A DNA stretch of 64,000 bases from positions 68,882,001-68,946,000 of the forward strand of contig OX597817.1 of NCBI GenBank assembly GCA_951406725.2. Reading direction: 5' to 3'. Made by a program: the position numbers and the translations under genes. The stretch's first letter is position 1, and each line of letters opens with the position of its first letter. The notes under the pieces are model-generated. The model was not told where the DNA came from. It made no database searches and worked only from the letters and a program-made list of their open reading frames with translations. The DNA is from Octopus vulgaris. Taxonomy: Eukaryota. This document shows positions 13,016 to 26,245 of the stretch, piece by piece.

Positions 13016-13835
13016 ACACACACACTAACACACATCATTTAACAAAGACACCCTTTATCAGGATGTCCTATTTTAAACAACAAAAATAACAACAACAACA
13101 ACCGCAACAAGAATAAATCAAAGAGAAAGTCCATTCTAAAGTATTCTGTGGATCAAAGTATGTTCTGGATTATTCCTTACGTTACTGCTATTATCCAATA
13201 ATACCAAAGTATGCAATGTTTTAGTGGCTAACATGATGGATTACAGAATATGAAGGTCATTGGTTTGAAATGGAAATGGGCAGAATGGACAGAAGATGAG
13301 AAAAGAGAAATATAGGATTGCAAAGATGAAAGCGAACAAATGATATTGTTAATAATACTGGTTTTAGCTCATACAAAAGGGAGATAATAAGAGATGATGA
13401 TGAGATTGAAGATGAGGATGATGAGGATAATAATGATTGGAATGAAGAGGATGATGATGAGGGGGATTGATAGTTTTATCATCACATCCACTGCCGCTTA
13501 TAATTATTATCATTAATCATTTTATAAAAGCAACAGGCAAGGTGGTCTGAATTATGGCTTGTAATCATCTACATCTTCATCACCACCACTGCCACAACCA
13601 CCACCACCACTGCCACCACCACCACAACCACCACCACCACCACCCTACAACCAGAAGCGACACAATTATCACTAGCACCTGCAATCAGCACTACCATAAT
13701 CCCCATCGTCACCACCGCTACAACAAGGATTGCCATTTCTTTGCACTGTTCTTATAATCCCTCTTTTATTTGTCAGCTGCCATTACTACCACCACGACCA
13801 CTGGCACCACCACCACATTATTACCCATACACATA

Positions 13836-14236
13836 AAGGCAGCGAGCTGGCAGGATTGTTAGCATGCCAGGCAAAATGCTTTGCGGTATTTTGTCTGCTG
13901 TTGTGTTCTGAGTTCAAATTCCGCCAAGGTCGACTTTGCCGTTCATCCTTTTGGGGTCGATAAATTAAGTACCAGTTGCGCACAGGGGTCGATGTAATCG
14001 ACTTAATCCATTCGTCTGTCCTTGTTTGTTCTCTCTGTGTTTAGCCCCTTGTGGGTGGTAAAGAAATAGGTATTTCATCTGTCTTTACGTTCTGAGTTCA
14101 AATTCCGCCATGGTCAACTTTGCCTTTCATCCTTTCGGGGTTGATGAATTAAGTACCAGTTGCATACCGGAATTGATCTAATCGACTGCACATCCCCTCT
14201 ACCCAAATTTCAGGCCTTGTGCTTATAGTAAAAAGG
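13836..14236 (+). mobile_element. SINE family B, dimeric or self-nested
   Basis: Head AAGGCAGCGAGCTGGCAG; the core GTTCTGAGTTCAAATTCCGCC..CTTTGCC.TTCATCCTTT occurs twice. Outer near-perfect TSD ATTATTA(C/T)CCATACACA (13817-13833, 14237-14253). Confidence 0.85.
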
Positions 14237-14564
14237 ATTATTATCCATACACATCTCCAGGACCTGATAGAGAGCATCTCTATGTACTTACTTATGTTAC
14301 TAGAAATAGAAGCCAAATCTCCCTCAAATCATAAGCTACCATTTTTAGATAAAGAACATGTCATTAGATAATGTGGTTTTGCATGCCCTACATATAAGGA
14401 AAAAGTTGTGATGGTCACTGCTAGAATGTTTTGATTAAAAGTCTGCTGACTCAATACTAATATGGACCTAAACAACAACAAGTATACTTTCAGCCAATGG
14501 GGCAACAGCAACTAAACCTTTCTTGATCACAATCTTAAAAAGAAAAAAGTACATGTGTGTATGT

Positions 14565-14746
<182 letters not shown>

Positions 14747-14791
14747 AGACAAGGTATAAATAATGGTCATTACATATATAGAAAGCACTCA

Positions 14792-15290
14792 AGTGCAGGC
14801 ATAGCTGTGTGGTAAGAAGTTTGGTTTCCAGTCACATGGTTCTGGGTTCAGACCTACAGCATGGCATCTTGGGCAAGTGTATTCTACTATAGCACTGGGT
14901 CAACCAAAGCCTCATGTGTGGATTTGGTTGACAAAAACTGGAAAAAAGCTTGTTGTATATGAATATGTAGGTATATGTGTGTGTGTTCATGGGTGTGTGT
15001 ATGTGTGTGTGTGTGTGTGCATGCATGTGTTACTGACTCCTTGCCCTGACATTGCACACTAGTTGTAAACGAGTGTCACCAACATGCAAGCAGTGTCCTT
15101 TGGTTCCAGTCTTCAGTGAAAACATATCTGGTTATGGGGAAAATTTTACTTGCTTGGAAACAGGTGAAGGTTGGGGACAGGAAAGGCATCCAGTCATAGA
15201 AGACCTGCCTCAGAAAATTTTATTTGACCCATGTGAGCATGAAAAAGAGGACATTAAAACGACAACAACGATGATGAGAATGATAATGAT
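14792..15290 (+). mobile_element. SINE with family-A head and RTE-derived 3' tail
   Basis: Family-A head and core up to the internal (TG)n, then a distinct body. It ends AGGAAAGGCATCCAGTCATAGAA...CCCATGTGAGCATGAAAAAGAGGACATTAAAACGAC..GATGATG, matching the RTE 3' end at 16288-16445. Confidence 0.75.
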
Positions 15291-15299
15291 GTGCTTATA

Positions 15300-16108
15300 C
15301 CAGATTTGATCAATAAGTATCCGGAATGTTGCCATAGTAACAAAGCCAAAGCATGCAGAGTGAAGCCACTCAGCAAAGATTAACTGTGAACTCTGCTGTG
15401 CATGGGCAGTAAGTTTTAATGTTCTAGCTCACTTCCACTGTTTACAGCAGTACTTGGAAGGAAGGTGTGTAGCATGTGACTGTCACATTGACCATGACAG
15501 AGAAAGTTGTCATGGCAATACCTGCTCAGAGGCCAATGCAAAGTTGCAGAAAATGTATGGAGAGGAACGTATGAGCCACACAGAAGAGTATGAGTAATTC
15601 AGACATTTCCAAGATGGCTGGGAAAATGTCGATGTTGATGAACGTTCTGGGAGACCTGCAACCAGTAGAACTGAGAAAAACATCACAGATGCACATGCAG
15701 CTGTGAGGGGAAATAGACAAATCACCATCTGTGAGTTATTAGAGGATGTGCAGACTAGTTACACTTCAGTTCAGTCCATTATCACTGAAGATTTGGGCAT
15801 GAGATGCATGTCTGCCAAGTTTGTGCCAAGACTGTTTTTCAGCTGACCAAAAGGACACTTGGGTTTCAGTTGCACAAAATCTTCTTGATTGTGTTGAGAA
15901 CGATGAAAACTTTTTAAAAACTTTGCATACACCTCTGGGCAGGTATCACCAAACTTTTGGCAAAATTTGAAGCAGATTCTCAGCTAAACTTTCTCTGTCA
16001 TGTCGATGTGACAATCACATACTACACATGTTCCTTTCAAGCACTGCTATAAACAGCAGAAGTGAGCTAGAACATTAAAACTTAGTGCACATGCACAGCA
16101 GAGTTCAA
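15300..16108 (+). mobile_element. Internally deleted mariner element with long TIRs
   Basis: Starts after a TA. Transposase remnant GNTCSEANAKLQKMYGEE..FRHFQDGWENVDVDERSGRP..EDLGMRCMSAKFVPRL. 15387-15508 is the inverted copy of 15987-16107. The right TIR is cut by a (CAT)n RTE tail at 16111. Confidence 0.88.
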
Positions 16109-16287
16109 GGTCATCATCATCATCATCATCATCGTTTAACGACCGTTTTCTGTGCTAGCATGGCAATCTGTGTCAAATGGCTTTGTGCTGCGTGCTTTAG
16201 CTTCATTACAATGGCAACATTCTGGATACTTATTGATCAGACAACATATATATACATTTATCTCTCTATGTATAAACATATATATAT

Positions 16288-18911
16288 ATCATCATCATCA
16301 TCATCATCATCATCGTTTAACGTCCGCTTTCCGCGCTAGCACGGGTTGGACGGTTTGACCGGGTCTGGGAAGCCAGGGGCCGCTCCAGGCTCCAGTCTGA
16401 AATCTGGCAGAGTTTCTACGGCTGGATGCCCTTCCTAACGCCAACCACTCCGTGAGTGGATTGGGTGCTTTTTACGTGCCACCTGCACAGGGGCTGGAGG
16501 GTCCGGCATCGTCACGATCAGTTCGAGCATTTTAACGTGTCAGCGGCACGGGGGCAACGAGGTCCGGGGTACTTTGGGGATCGGGGTACTTTGGGAATCC
16601 AGGGTACTTTGGGGATCCGGGGTACTTAGAATGGGTAGGGGGTATGTGGAATTGCTGCAGAAAGCAGCCCGGGTCTTTGTAGTTACAGCATATCTCCAGA
16701 GATCTCGGTCCTTCGCCATTGCCTCAGTGAGGCCCAATGCTCTGAGGTCATGCTTGACCACCTCATCCCATGTCTTCCTGGGTCTACCTCTCCCCCTGAT
16801 ACCTTCAACTGTTTGGGAGTGGCACTTCTTCACACATCTCTCTTCATCCATCCGCAGCACATGACCATACCATCGCAAGCGTCGCTCTTGCACACCACAT
16901 CTGATGCTTCTTATATCCAGCATTTCTCTCAGGATACTTACACTCTGTTTTGCGTGCACACTGACACTACACATCCAGCGGATCATGCTAGCTTCATTTC
17001 TTTCAAGTCTACGCATGTCTTCTGCAGTCACAGCCCATGTTTCATTACCGTGAAGCATGGCAGTTCGCACACATGCATCATACAATCTACCTTTTGCTCT
17101 GAGGGAGAGACCTTTTGTTGCCAGTAGGGGTAGGAGCTTTCTGAACTTTGCCCAGGCTATTCGTATTCTAGTGGTGATACTCTCTGTGCATCCACCTCCG
17201 CTACTAACATGGTCTCCCAGGTAGCGGAAACTATCAACTACTTCTAGTTTCTCTCCCTGGAGTGTGATGGAATCTGTTTTCTGAGTGTCTGTTGTGTCTA
17301 TTGTCCCTGTGCATCTGCCGCACATGAAAGCTATCTTATCTGTTAATTTCCCTTTAATGTTGCTGCACCTCTTATGTGTCCATAACTTACATTGGGTGCA
17401 TCTTATGGAGTTTCTACCTGTACCTTTCCTACAGGTTGAGCAGGGCCACCTACCCGAGGGGATGTGTGCTGAGTACCTCTTGCTGCTTACTAATACTTTG
17501 GTCTTTGCTACATTTATTCTAAGGCCCTTTGATTCCAACCCTTGCTTCCACACCCGAAATTTCTCTTCTAGTTCCGGTAGTGATTCTGCTATGAGAGCTA
17601 GGTCATCGGCATAGAGGAGCTCCCAGGGGCATCCCGTTTTGAATTCCTCTGTTATTGCCTGAAGGACTATGATGAATAAAAGGGGACTGAGGGCTGAGCC
17701 CTGGTGCACACCTACTTCTACTCGGAATTCTTCACTATATTCGTTGCCAATCCTAACCTTGCTGACAGCCTCTCTGTATAGAGCCTGTACAGCCCTTATT
17801 AGCCATTCTTCAATCTCCAGTTTCCGCATCGACCACCAGATAAGGGAACGGGGAACCCTATCAAAGGCTTTCTCCAAGTCTACAAAAGCTATGTAGAGGG
17901 GTTTATCTTTAGCTAGGTACTTCTCCTGCAGTTGTCGGACCAGGAATATAGCATCAGTGGTGCTTCTACCTGGTACAAAACCGAACTGCATTTCATCTAA
18001 ACAAATTCTCTCCCTAATGAGATTGGTTATGACCTTCTCTGAGACCTTCATCACCTGGTCCAACAGTTTGATACCTCTGTAGTTATTTCTATCTAGAGCA
18101 TCACCCTTACCCTTGTAGCAGTTGACTATGGTACTGCTGCACCAGTCATTGGGTATGGCTCCATTGTGAACTACCTGGTTTACAATGCGGGTGACTATGG
18201 CATGGCCCACATAGCCAGCTGTTTTAAGCATCTCAGCAGTGATTCCTGATAGGCCAGGGGCTTTGCCTGGTTTCATATCCTTAATTGCCTTATCTACAAG
18301 GGAGCTGTCTATTCGGGTAGCTGGTCCCTCTACTGGGTCAACATTTGGCAGGCTCTCCTCCTCCCATTCATTCTCCTCATTCAGCAGTCTTTCATAATGG
18401 CTTCTCCAAGCCTCTTTCTTTTCACTAGTAGTAAAAGCAAGTGCCCCATCATCCATGCGGACACATTTCTCTCCTATAACATCGCTATTTTCTCTGACAC
18501 ACTGTCTGGCAATCCGAAATACTTCAGCTCTCTGATCCTCGCGACGCTGGACATTGGCAAACTTCTTCTTTTCTGCTACATCTTTGGCAATGTATACCTG
18601 CCGCCCAGCCTCCCTTTTGGCTATCTGGTACAGTTCCCTGCTGCCCCCATCCTTCCAGGCTTTCCAGGCCCGTCTCTTTTCACAGATGGCTTTATCTACT
18701 GCACTATTCCACCACCACGTAATTCTAGGTCTGGAAGGGACTTTGCACCATCCACAAACTTGGTCTGTGGCACCCAACAAGCTGTCCCGTAGGAATTCCC
18801 AGCTACCTTCTATGTCTGACGTCTGAAGCTCCTCTTCCCTCTCATCAAATTTCTTGATGAGTATGTCCCTAAATTTCTGACCATGCGAAGGGTTCTTTAG
18901 CCTCCAAATCC

Positions 18912-18915
<4 letters not shown>
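16288..18915 (-). mobile_element. RTE-clade LINE, young 5'-truncated copy
   Basis: Uninterrupted ORF, CpG-retaining 3' UTR and (GAT)n tail. The 5' end abuts (TA)n at 18916. Homologous to 42955-45748. Confidence 0.97.
16540..18915 (-). CDS. RTE ORF2 fragment: linker + reverse transcriptase + inserted PHD finger + thumb (792 codons, no endonuclease domain, no genuine start)
   Basis: [81 protein letters not shown]. The supplied 1077-aa ORF is inflated by ~285 microsatellite-derived codons. Confidence 0.93.
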
Positions 18916-20124
<1,209 letters not shown>

Positions 20125-20744
20125 TTTGTCTCTGAAAACACCCTCATTGTCTTGCTCATACAAATACATATAGATAATGTATACCATTTATTCATGTCGA
20201 CATGTCTAAATAGTTATTTTGATATACACGTATGCTTGTAATGCATGTGTGTACATAAATGGCTATTTGTGTATGTATTACTATATTAGAATGTGTGTGT
20301 GTGTGTATGTGTGTGTGTGTGTGTGGAAGTGGACATGTAGGGGAGGAGTCTTTCATATTTCATAGTGTTTATATGTTTACTTAAGTAGTGACAAGCTTCA
20401 TAAGCTGGTCCCAAGATGAAGAGATTACTAGATTTGGATCAATGGAGAATTTATACAGAAATAATTTAACATCTTTGAAACCAGTCACAATCATACAAAC
20501 ACACATACACATGTGTGTTTACACATGTAATGTATATATATATGTGTATATGCATGTGTATGTGTGTATGTGTATGTGTATATGCAAGTGTATGCATATA
20601 TATACATATATGCATGTCATGTATGTGTATGTCTGTATATATAGATACATATATATAAATGCACACATATATATGCATATCTATCTATATGAACACACAC
20701 ATACATAAATATATTTTTTTCTATTGTGTGGCACCTTGGGCAAC

Positions 20745-21442
20745 TGTTTTCTGTTATAGCCTTGGGCAAACTAAAGCCTTGTGAGAGGATTTGGTTGATG
20801 GAAACTGGAAGAAGCCCATTGTATGTGTGTATATATATACTAGCAGTATCGCCCGGCGTTGCTCGGGTTTGTAAGGGAAATAACTATATAAGCATTTTTA
20901 GAGATGTAAAGTATAATAGCCATCTCAATATGTCTAACCACAAAGGGGGGTGTTACTTTAGCTTTTTACATTCTGAGATTTAATAATAAATTGTTAGAGA
21001 GTTACTTCCCTTATATATGCCAAAAATGCATTAAAAATGGGAAAAATTGATGGTAATTTTTTTTTTAAATCGTAGACTCATCGTAGACGCGCGCTAATAC
21101 CCAGAAGGGCTCGATATGAATCACGACTATAAGATACCCGGTTTTGGTTAAACTGCACCGCAAAATGTTGGAGTAGTTAGGAATCTAAATCGTAGGAGAC
21201 AGACAGCACACAACCTCACTTTTATATATAAAGATATGTATGTATGTATGTATATTTGTGTGTTTGTGTCTGTTTGTCCCCACCACTATCACTTGACAAC
21301 CGATGTTGCTGTGTTTACATCCCCGTAACTTAGCAGTTCAGCAAAAGAGACCCATAGAATAAGTCCCAGGGTCAATTTCTTCAAATAAAAGGCAGTGCTC
21401 CAGCATGGACATAGTCAAAATGACTGAAACAAGTAAAAGAAT
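20745..21442 (+). mobile_element. SINE family A interrupted by a Helitron
   Basis: Core GGCACCTTGGGCAA...GAAGCCCATTG lies before 20840 and the 3' half TGTTTGTCCCC...GACTGAAACAAGTAAAAGA lies after 21234. Confidence 0.85.
20840..21234 (-). mobile_element. Non-autonomous Helitron, copy 2
   Basis: Minus strand TCTTTATATATAAAA...CCCGAGCAACGCCGGGCGATACTGCTAG; sits in the SINE's internal TA tract. Confidence 0.9.
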
Positions 21443-21699
21443 AAGCATACATACACACACACACACACATGTAAACATACACATATCTATATATACATTC
21501 ACACACACACACATGGGTGCAATATGACTGTATGTTTAGCAAGTTTGCTTTACAACCATCAGATTTTGGATTCAGTCCTACTTTGTGGGTTTTTGGGCAA
21601 GTGTAGGGCCAGGTCAAATGATGTGTTGTGTGTAGATAAGGATTTATTACATGAAATCTGTGTAGAAGACTCTTGCAAGTTTCCACAACTCCCGATCTT

Positions 21700-21841
21700 T
21701 TGTCATTTTCTCAGTAAAGCCTATCATCTGAAGAGCCTTTCTCACCACTTTGTCCTACATCTCTCTGGGTCTACCCCTTCCACAGGTTCCCTCCACAATT
21801 AGAGCTTGGCAATTCTTTACACAGTTGTCCTCATCCCTATG

Positions 21842-21845
<4 letters not shown>
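21700..21845 (-). pseudogene. RTE LINE C-terminal fragment
   Basis: MHRDEDNCVKNCQALIVEGTCGRGRPREM matches [30 protein letters not shown] of the 16540 ORF. The 5' end abuts (TA)n. Confidence 0.8.
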
Positions 21846-21921
<76 letters not shown>

Positions 21922-21924
<3 letters not shown>

Positions 21925-22230
21925 GAGGTGCAATAGCCCAGTGGTTAGGGTAGCAGACTCGCGGTCGTAGGATCACGGTTTCAATTCCCGAATCGAGTGT
22001 TGTGTGTGTTTATTGAGTGAAAATACCTAAGGCTCCACAAGGCTCCGGCAGAGGGTGGTCGCAATCCCTGCTGTACTCTTTTGCCACAACTTTCACTCTT
22101 TCTTCTGTTGGCCTGCTCACTTAGCCAGCGGGGTGGCGTCATTTGAAGGCTAAAACAATGCAAAGCACATTGTGACCAGCGATGTGTAGTAACATCTGAC
22201 AGCCTGGTCGGTCACGGTGATCACAGTGAT
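21922..22230 (+). mobile_element. SINE family C (body beta + tail Y)
   Basis: tRNA head TGGAGGTGCAATAGCCCAGTGGTTAGG..GGTTTCAATTCCC. Body is shared with 30289 and tail with 54180. Lies inside microsatellite. Confidence 0.85.
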
Positions 22231-22644
22231 ATATATATATATATATATACACACCTTTTCATCCTTTTAGTATCAATAAAAAAGTGGTACCAGTCAAGTA
22301 CCATAGGTACTTTAATATAATAGGCTGATCTCTACCTTCATAATTTACACCCTCCAGTTATTAGAGATCAACTTTACTTGTTTGTTGTTACTGTGGCTGA
22401 AGATGATAATGATTTTGATAGTGATGACAACTTTGCAATTCAATTTATCAACCTTAAAAAGATGACAAATTTTGGTAGGGGACAGTTAGAGTTGAGTGCA
22501 AAAAATATGAAAGGTAGTAGTGAGAAATCCGATATGGCTGTTAAGTTCAAGGAGGATGTTATTATATATAGATCTGATGTTGATTTGCATAGTTAAAAAT
22601 CCTGATTTCACTGTAGGTGGAAATAATCTACTATATTGTGAACA

Positions 22645-23076
22645 GGTGCAGGTATGGTTGTGTTGTAAGAAGTTTGCTTCTCAACCACATGATTCTGGGT
22701 TCAGTCCCACTCTGTGGTACCATGGATAAGTGTCTTCTACTATAGCCTTGGCCCAACCAAAGCCTTTTGAGTGGATTTGGTTGATGGAAACTGAAATCAT
22801 ATATATGTGTATAAATACATATCTATATGTGTGAGTCTTTGCATCTGTGTTTGTTCTCTACCACTACTTGACAACCGGTGTTGGTGTGTTTATGTCCCTA
22901 TAACTTAGCAGTTCAGCAAAAGAGAATGATAGAATGAGTACTAGGCTTTGGATAAAATAAGTAGCAGGTTTAAGAGGAAATAAGTACAGGGGTCAGTTCA
23001 TATGATTAAAAATTCTTTAAGGTGCTGCCCCAGCAGGGCCACAGTCATATGACTGAAACAAGTCAAAAGTAAAAGA
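22645..23076 (+). mobile_element. SINE family A
   Basis: Full-length homology with 32237 and 47362, including the internal TA/TG tract and GACTGAAACAAGT tail. Confidence 0.88.
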
Positions 23077-23489
23077 TTATACCCTGACCTTACAAGTAAA
23101 TTTTGTGTATCTTACTTCTTTAAATTCTATCTGCTTTAGTGATCCTTAATGTCGATATCTATCTCAGTATTTATTCTTTTCTATTTCGCTCCAGGCTAGT
23201 GTATGAAATTTATTCAGACAGTTTAATACCTGGCATTTAGGGTCATCCTATAGTCGATCGGATAACAAAGTTTATAGCCATATAAGAATTCTTCGACCTA
23301 CTCATATTTTTTGCATTCAACACTAATTGTCCCCTACCAAAAATATAAGACTGTCAAAACCACTAAACTCCAGTTTGCTTTAATAGTGGTAATACCTAGG
23401 ATAAAGAATATACTGTATAAATGGCTGTAATAACAGAAACTGTGTAGATGTATAATTCATATTTATTTTAATAGCCAACTGGAGATGCA

Positions 23490-23820
23490 CCAGTTATGTG
23501 AACACAGCCAACACCCATGCCTGGAAATATATCAGCTCTGCTGGTACAGCATTCAGGCTACGCTTGTACAACCACAGGTCCTCATTCAGGGTCCCTAAAA
23601 GACGATTCGTTGTATCCTGGCTAGCTATGTGTGACACCTCAAAGATCAAGGGACCCTATACAATATCAAGTAAAAGATCTTAGAAAGACCAGGGCCCTAC
23701 ATCAACAGGAGTGGGTACTGCAAGCTCTGCATAGATGAGCGGACTAGGATACTTAAGGACTTCCTAAAATCTGGGTTGCCAAGAAATCTTCACATCATGC
23801 ATCCATTTCAAATGCTACCT
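23490..23820 (+). pseudogene. Penelope-like element GIY-YIG endonuclease remnant
   Basis: WKYISSAGTAFRLRLYNHRSSFR, then after a frameshift LASYV*HLKDQGTLYNIK*KILERPGPYINRSGYCKLCIDERTRIL. This follows the Penelope pattern YIG..FK.R..NH..SF...LS.YVW.LK...W.I...C.LC..E. Confidence 0.8.
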
Positions 23821-24104
23821 GCTGCCAATCATGGGACTCCCCATTCACTGGCTAAGCTCAGAAGAGTCCTTATGGTCCATTTGAAAGGATAGATACCTTA
23901 TTTTCCAAATAGCTGGTCTAGAAGAGAAAACCCATCCTCACTTCCCAGCCCATTTATTCTCCAATGACCTATTACTATTGATTACAACAACTTTCCACCT
24001 CCAAGAGGTGAAGAGTTAATTTTGTCCTCAGGCATGAAATTTTTTACTTTAATATATATATATATATATATAATAAAAAAGAATAAATAAATATATATAT
24101 AAGA

Positions 24105-24418
24105 AGACCCATCCTCCACAGCAGAAGTGTTAAGGCCACTCCCTCTGATGAAAAAGATTGGCCTGCAATGTCAGTGCCATGTAAAAAGCACTAGTGCTGG
24201 TGCCACATAAAAGCACTCATGCTGATGCCCTGTTAAAAGTACCCAGCACACATTGTAAAGCGGTTGACATTAGGAAGGGTGTCCAACCATAGAAATGAAG
24301 CCAGATCAGACCAGAACCTGGTGCAGCTCTCCAACTTGCCAGCTCTGGACAAACCATCAAAACCATGCCAGCATGGAAAACACACATTAAAGGATGATGA
24401 TGATGATGATTATGATGA
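24105..24418 (+). mobile_element. RTE 3' UTR/tail fragment
   Basis: Repeated GTGCC..TAAAAAGCAC units, then TTAGGAAGGG...GCCAGCATGGAAAA..TTAAAG(GAT)n. Confidence 0.8.
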
Positions 24419-25087
24419 TAAATATACATACATACATACACACAGATCAATAGATATACATATATATAAGAAAGAGAGAGAATTAACGTGAGAGAGAGAG
24501 AGAGACTGAGAAATTGAATAAACAATACATTGCTAATATTTACTAATGTGCTTTAGTATAAGAATTATGGTTCCCTTATACTTTGGCACCATTAGCTACA
24601 TCTTCTACATTGTTTATCTCATTAATATAATGGAGGTTATTTATTACATTCAATTATATTTCATTTCTCTAAATTTCTCGCTTTCTATTTACAATTACTT
24701 TTCATGATTACAATACATGCATGCATAAAAAATTACCTAAGTTGGTATGCAGTTATGTAAGGGGTGGTTTCCAACATTTCGGGTTCAGAGAAAGCCCTGC
24801 TTTGGGGAAAAGAGATGAGTGTCTGTCGTTTTAGAATAGAAAGCAGGATAAAAACAAATAGACAGGGAGAGACAAGAAGCAGTGGAGTGGAATGATCGGT
24901 GAGTTGTCACTGCATGGGTTAAGAGAGACTGAGACAGAGGGAGAGAGAGTTATGTGGTGAGAGAGATGAGGTGTGAGAAAATTGGCTTAGTGTCGGGTAG
25001 AAAGAAAGAGAGGGAAAAATATTAGTGTTAAAGGTAGGAGGAGTAAAGTGGGGAGGAAGGATTTCCTACTGCAGTTATGTCATAGAA

Positions 25088-25475
25088 AGTTGTGGTAAGA
25101 AATTTGATTCCTAATTACATGGTTCTAGGTTCAATCCCATTGCATGGCACATTGGGCAAGTGTCTCTTACTATAGCCCTGAAACAACAAAAACCTTGTGA
25201 GTGGATATTGTAGATAGAAACTGAAAGAAGCCTGCAATATGTGTGTGAGTGTGTGTATGTGTGTGTATGTGTGTGCTTGTATTTGACTCCACTCCACTTG
25301 ACAACTGATTTTGGTGAGTTTACATCCCCATAACTTAGTGGTTTAGCAAAAGAGACTGATAGAATTAGTACCAGGCTTAAGATAAAATAAGCACTGGGGT
25401 TGATTCATTCACCTAAAATGCTTCAAGGTGGTGCCCCAGCATGGCCACATTCTAATGACTGAAAAAAATAAATGA
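25088..25475 (+). mobile_element. SINE family A
   Basis: Homology to the other family A copies, with an internal (TG)n tract. Confidence 0.85.
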
Positions 25476-25564
25476 CTCGTGTGTGAGTAGTAGTATGTGC
25501 AAATCTGACCAGTTGGAAGCACACAGTATGTTATAACTTTTGTTTATCACCTATACTTCAAGCC

Positions 25565-25823
25565 GTGGAGGCGCGTGGCTTAGTGGTTAGGGTGTCAGCA
25601 TCATGATTGTAAGATTGTGGTTTTGATTCCTGGACCGGGTGATGCATTGTGTTCTTGAGCAAAGCACTTCATTTCACGTTGCTCCAGTCCACTCAGCTGG
25701 CAAAAATGAGTAATGCTGCGATGGACTGACATCCCGTCCAGCTGGGGAACACATACGCCATTGAAACCAGGAAACTGGGCCCATGAGCTTGGTTAGGCTT
25801 CAAAAGGGCACAAAGAAAAGAAG
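25565..25823 (+). mobile_element. SINE family C (body alpha + tail X)
   Basis: GTGGAGGCGCGTGGCTTAGTGGTTAGG head. TSD ATACTTCAA(G/A)CC (25553-25564, 25824-25835). Confidence 0.9.
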
Positions 25824-26245
25824 ATACTTCAAACCATGCAGATCTGCAATGGGACTGAATAGTCATCTGAATGGTCATGGATGGAAAGTCAAAAATGCCA
25901 TTGACAATGAGGAAGCACAAGGAGACGGCAGTCATCTGTGATGATGGAGCAATCTCCACATGCATATGTATGTGTGTGTTTTTATGTCCATAAAGGCTTA
26001 TACCTTTGGATATATGTACATAAGAACATGTATGCTCACTCTCCCTTATCACTCACACATCTGTCGTACATGCAACTGGTACCTATCTTTCTATTGCCTT
26101 TATTATTCATCGCTTGATTACTCTTTTCTCTTCTTACTTTCACTGTGCTATGCTTCTGATGGAACTAGGAATAACAGTAGCTTTGTTGATTCACCAGAAA
26201 TAATAAATTCTAAGACTCAATACATATGGAGAGTATTCTTCAATA

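Noticed and set aside
21922-21995. SINE heads as functional tRNA genes (also 30289, 25565, 11193)
   Set aside because: They lack a complete acceptor stem and run into SINE bodies, with TSDs in most cases.
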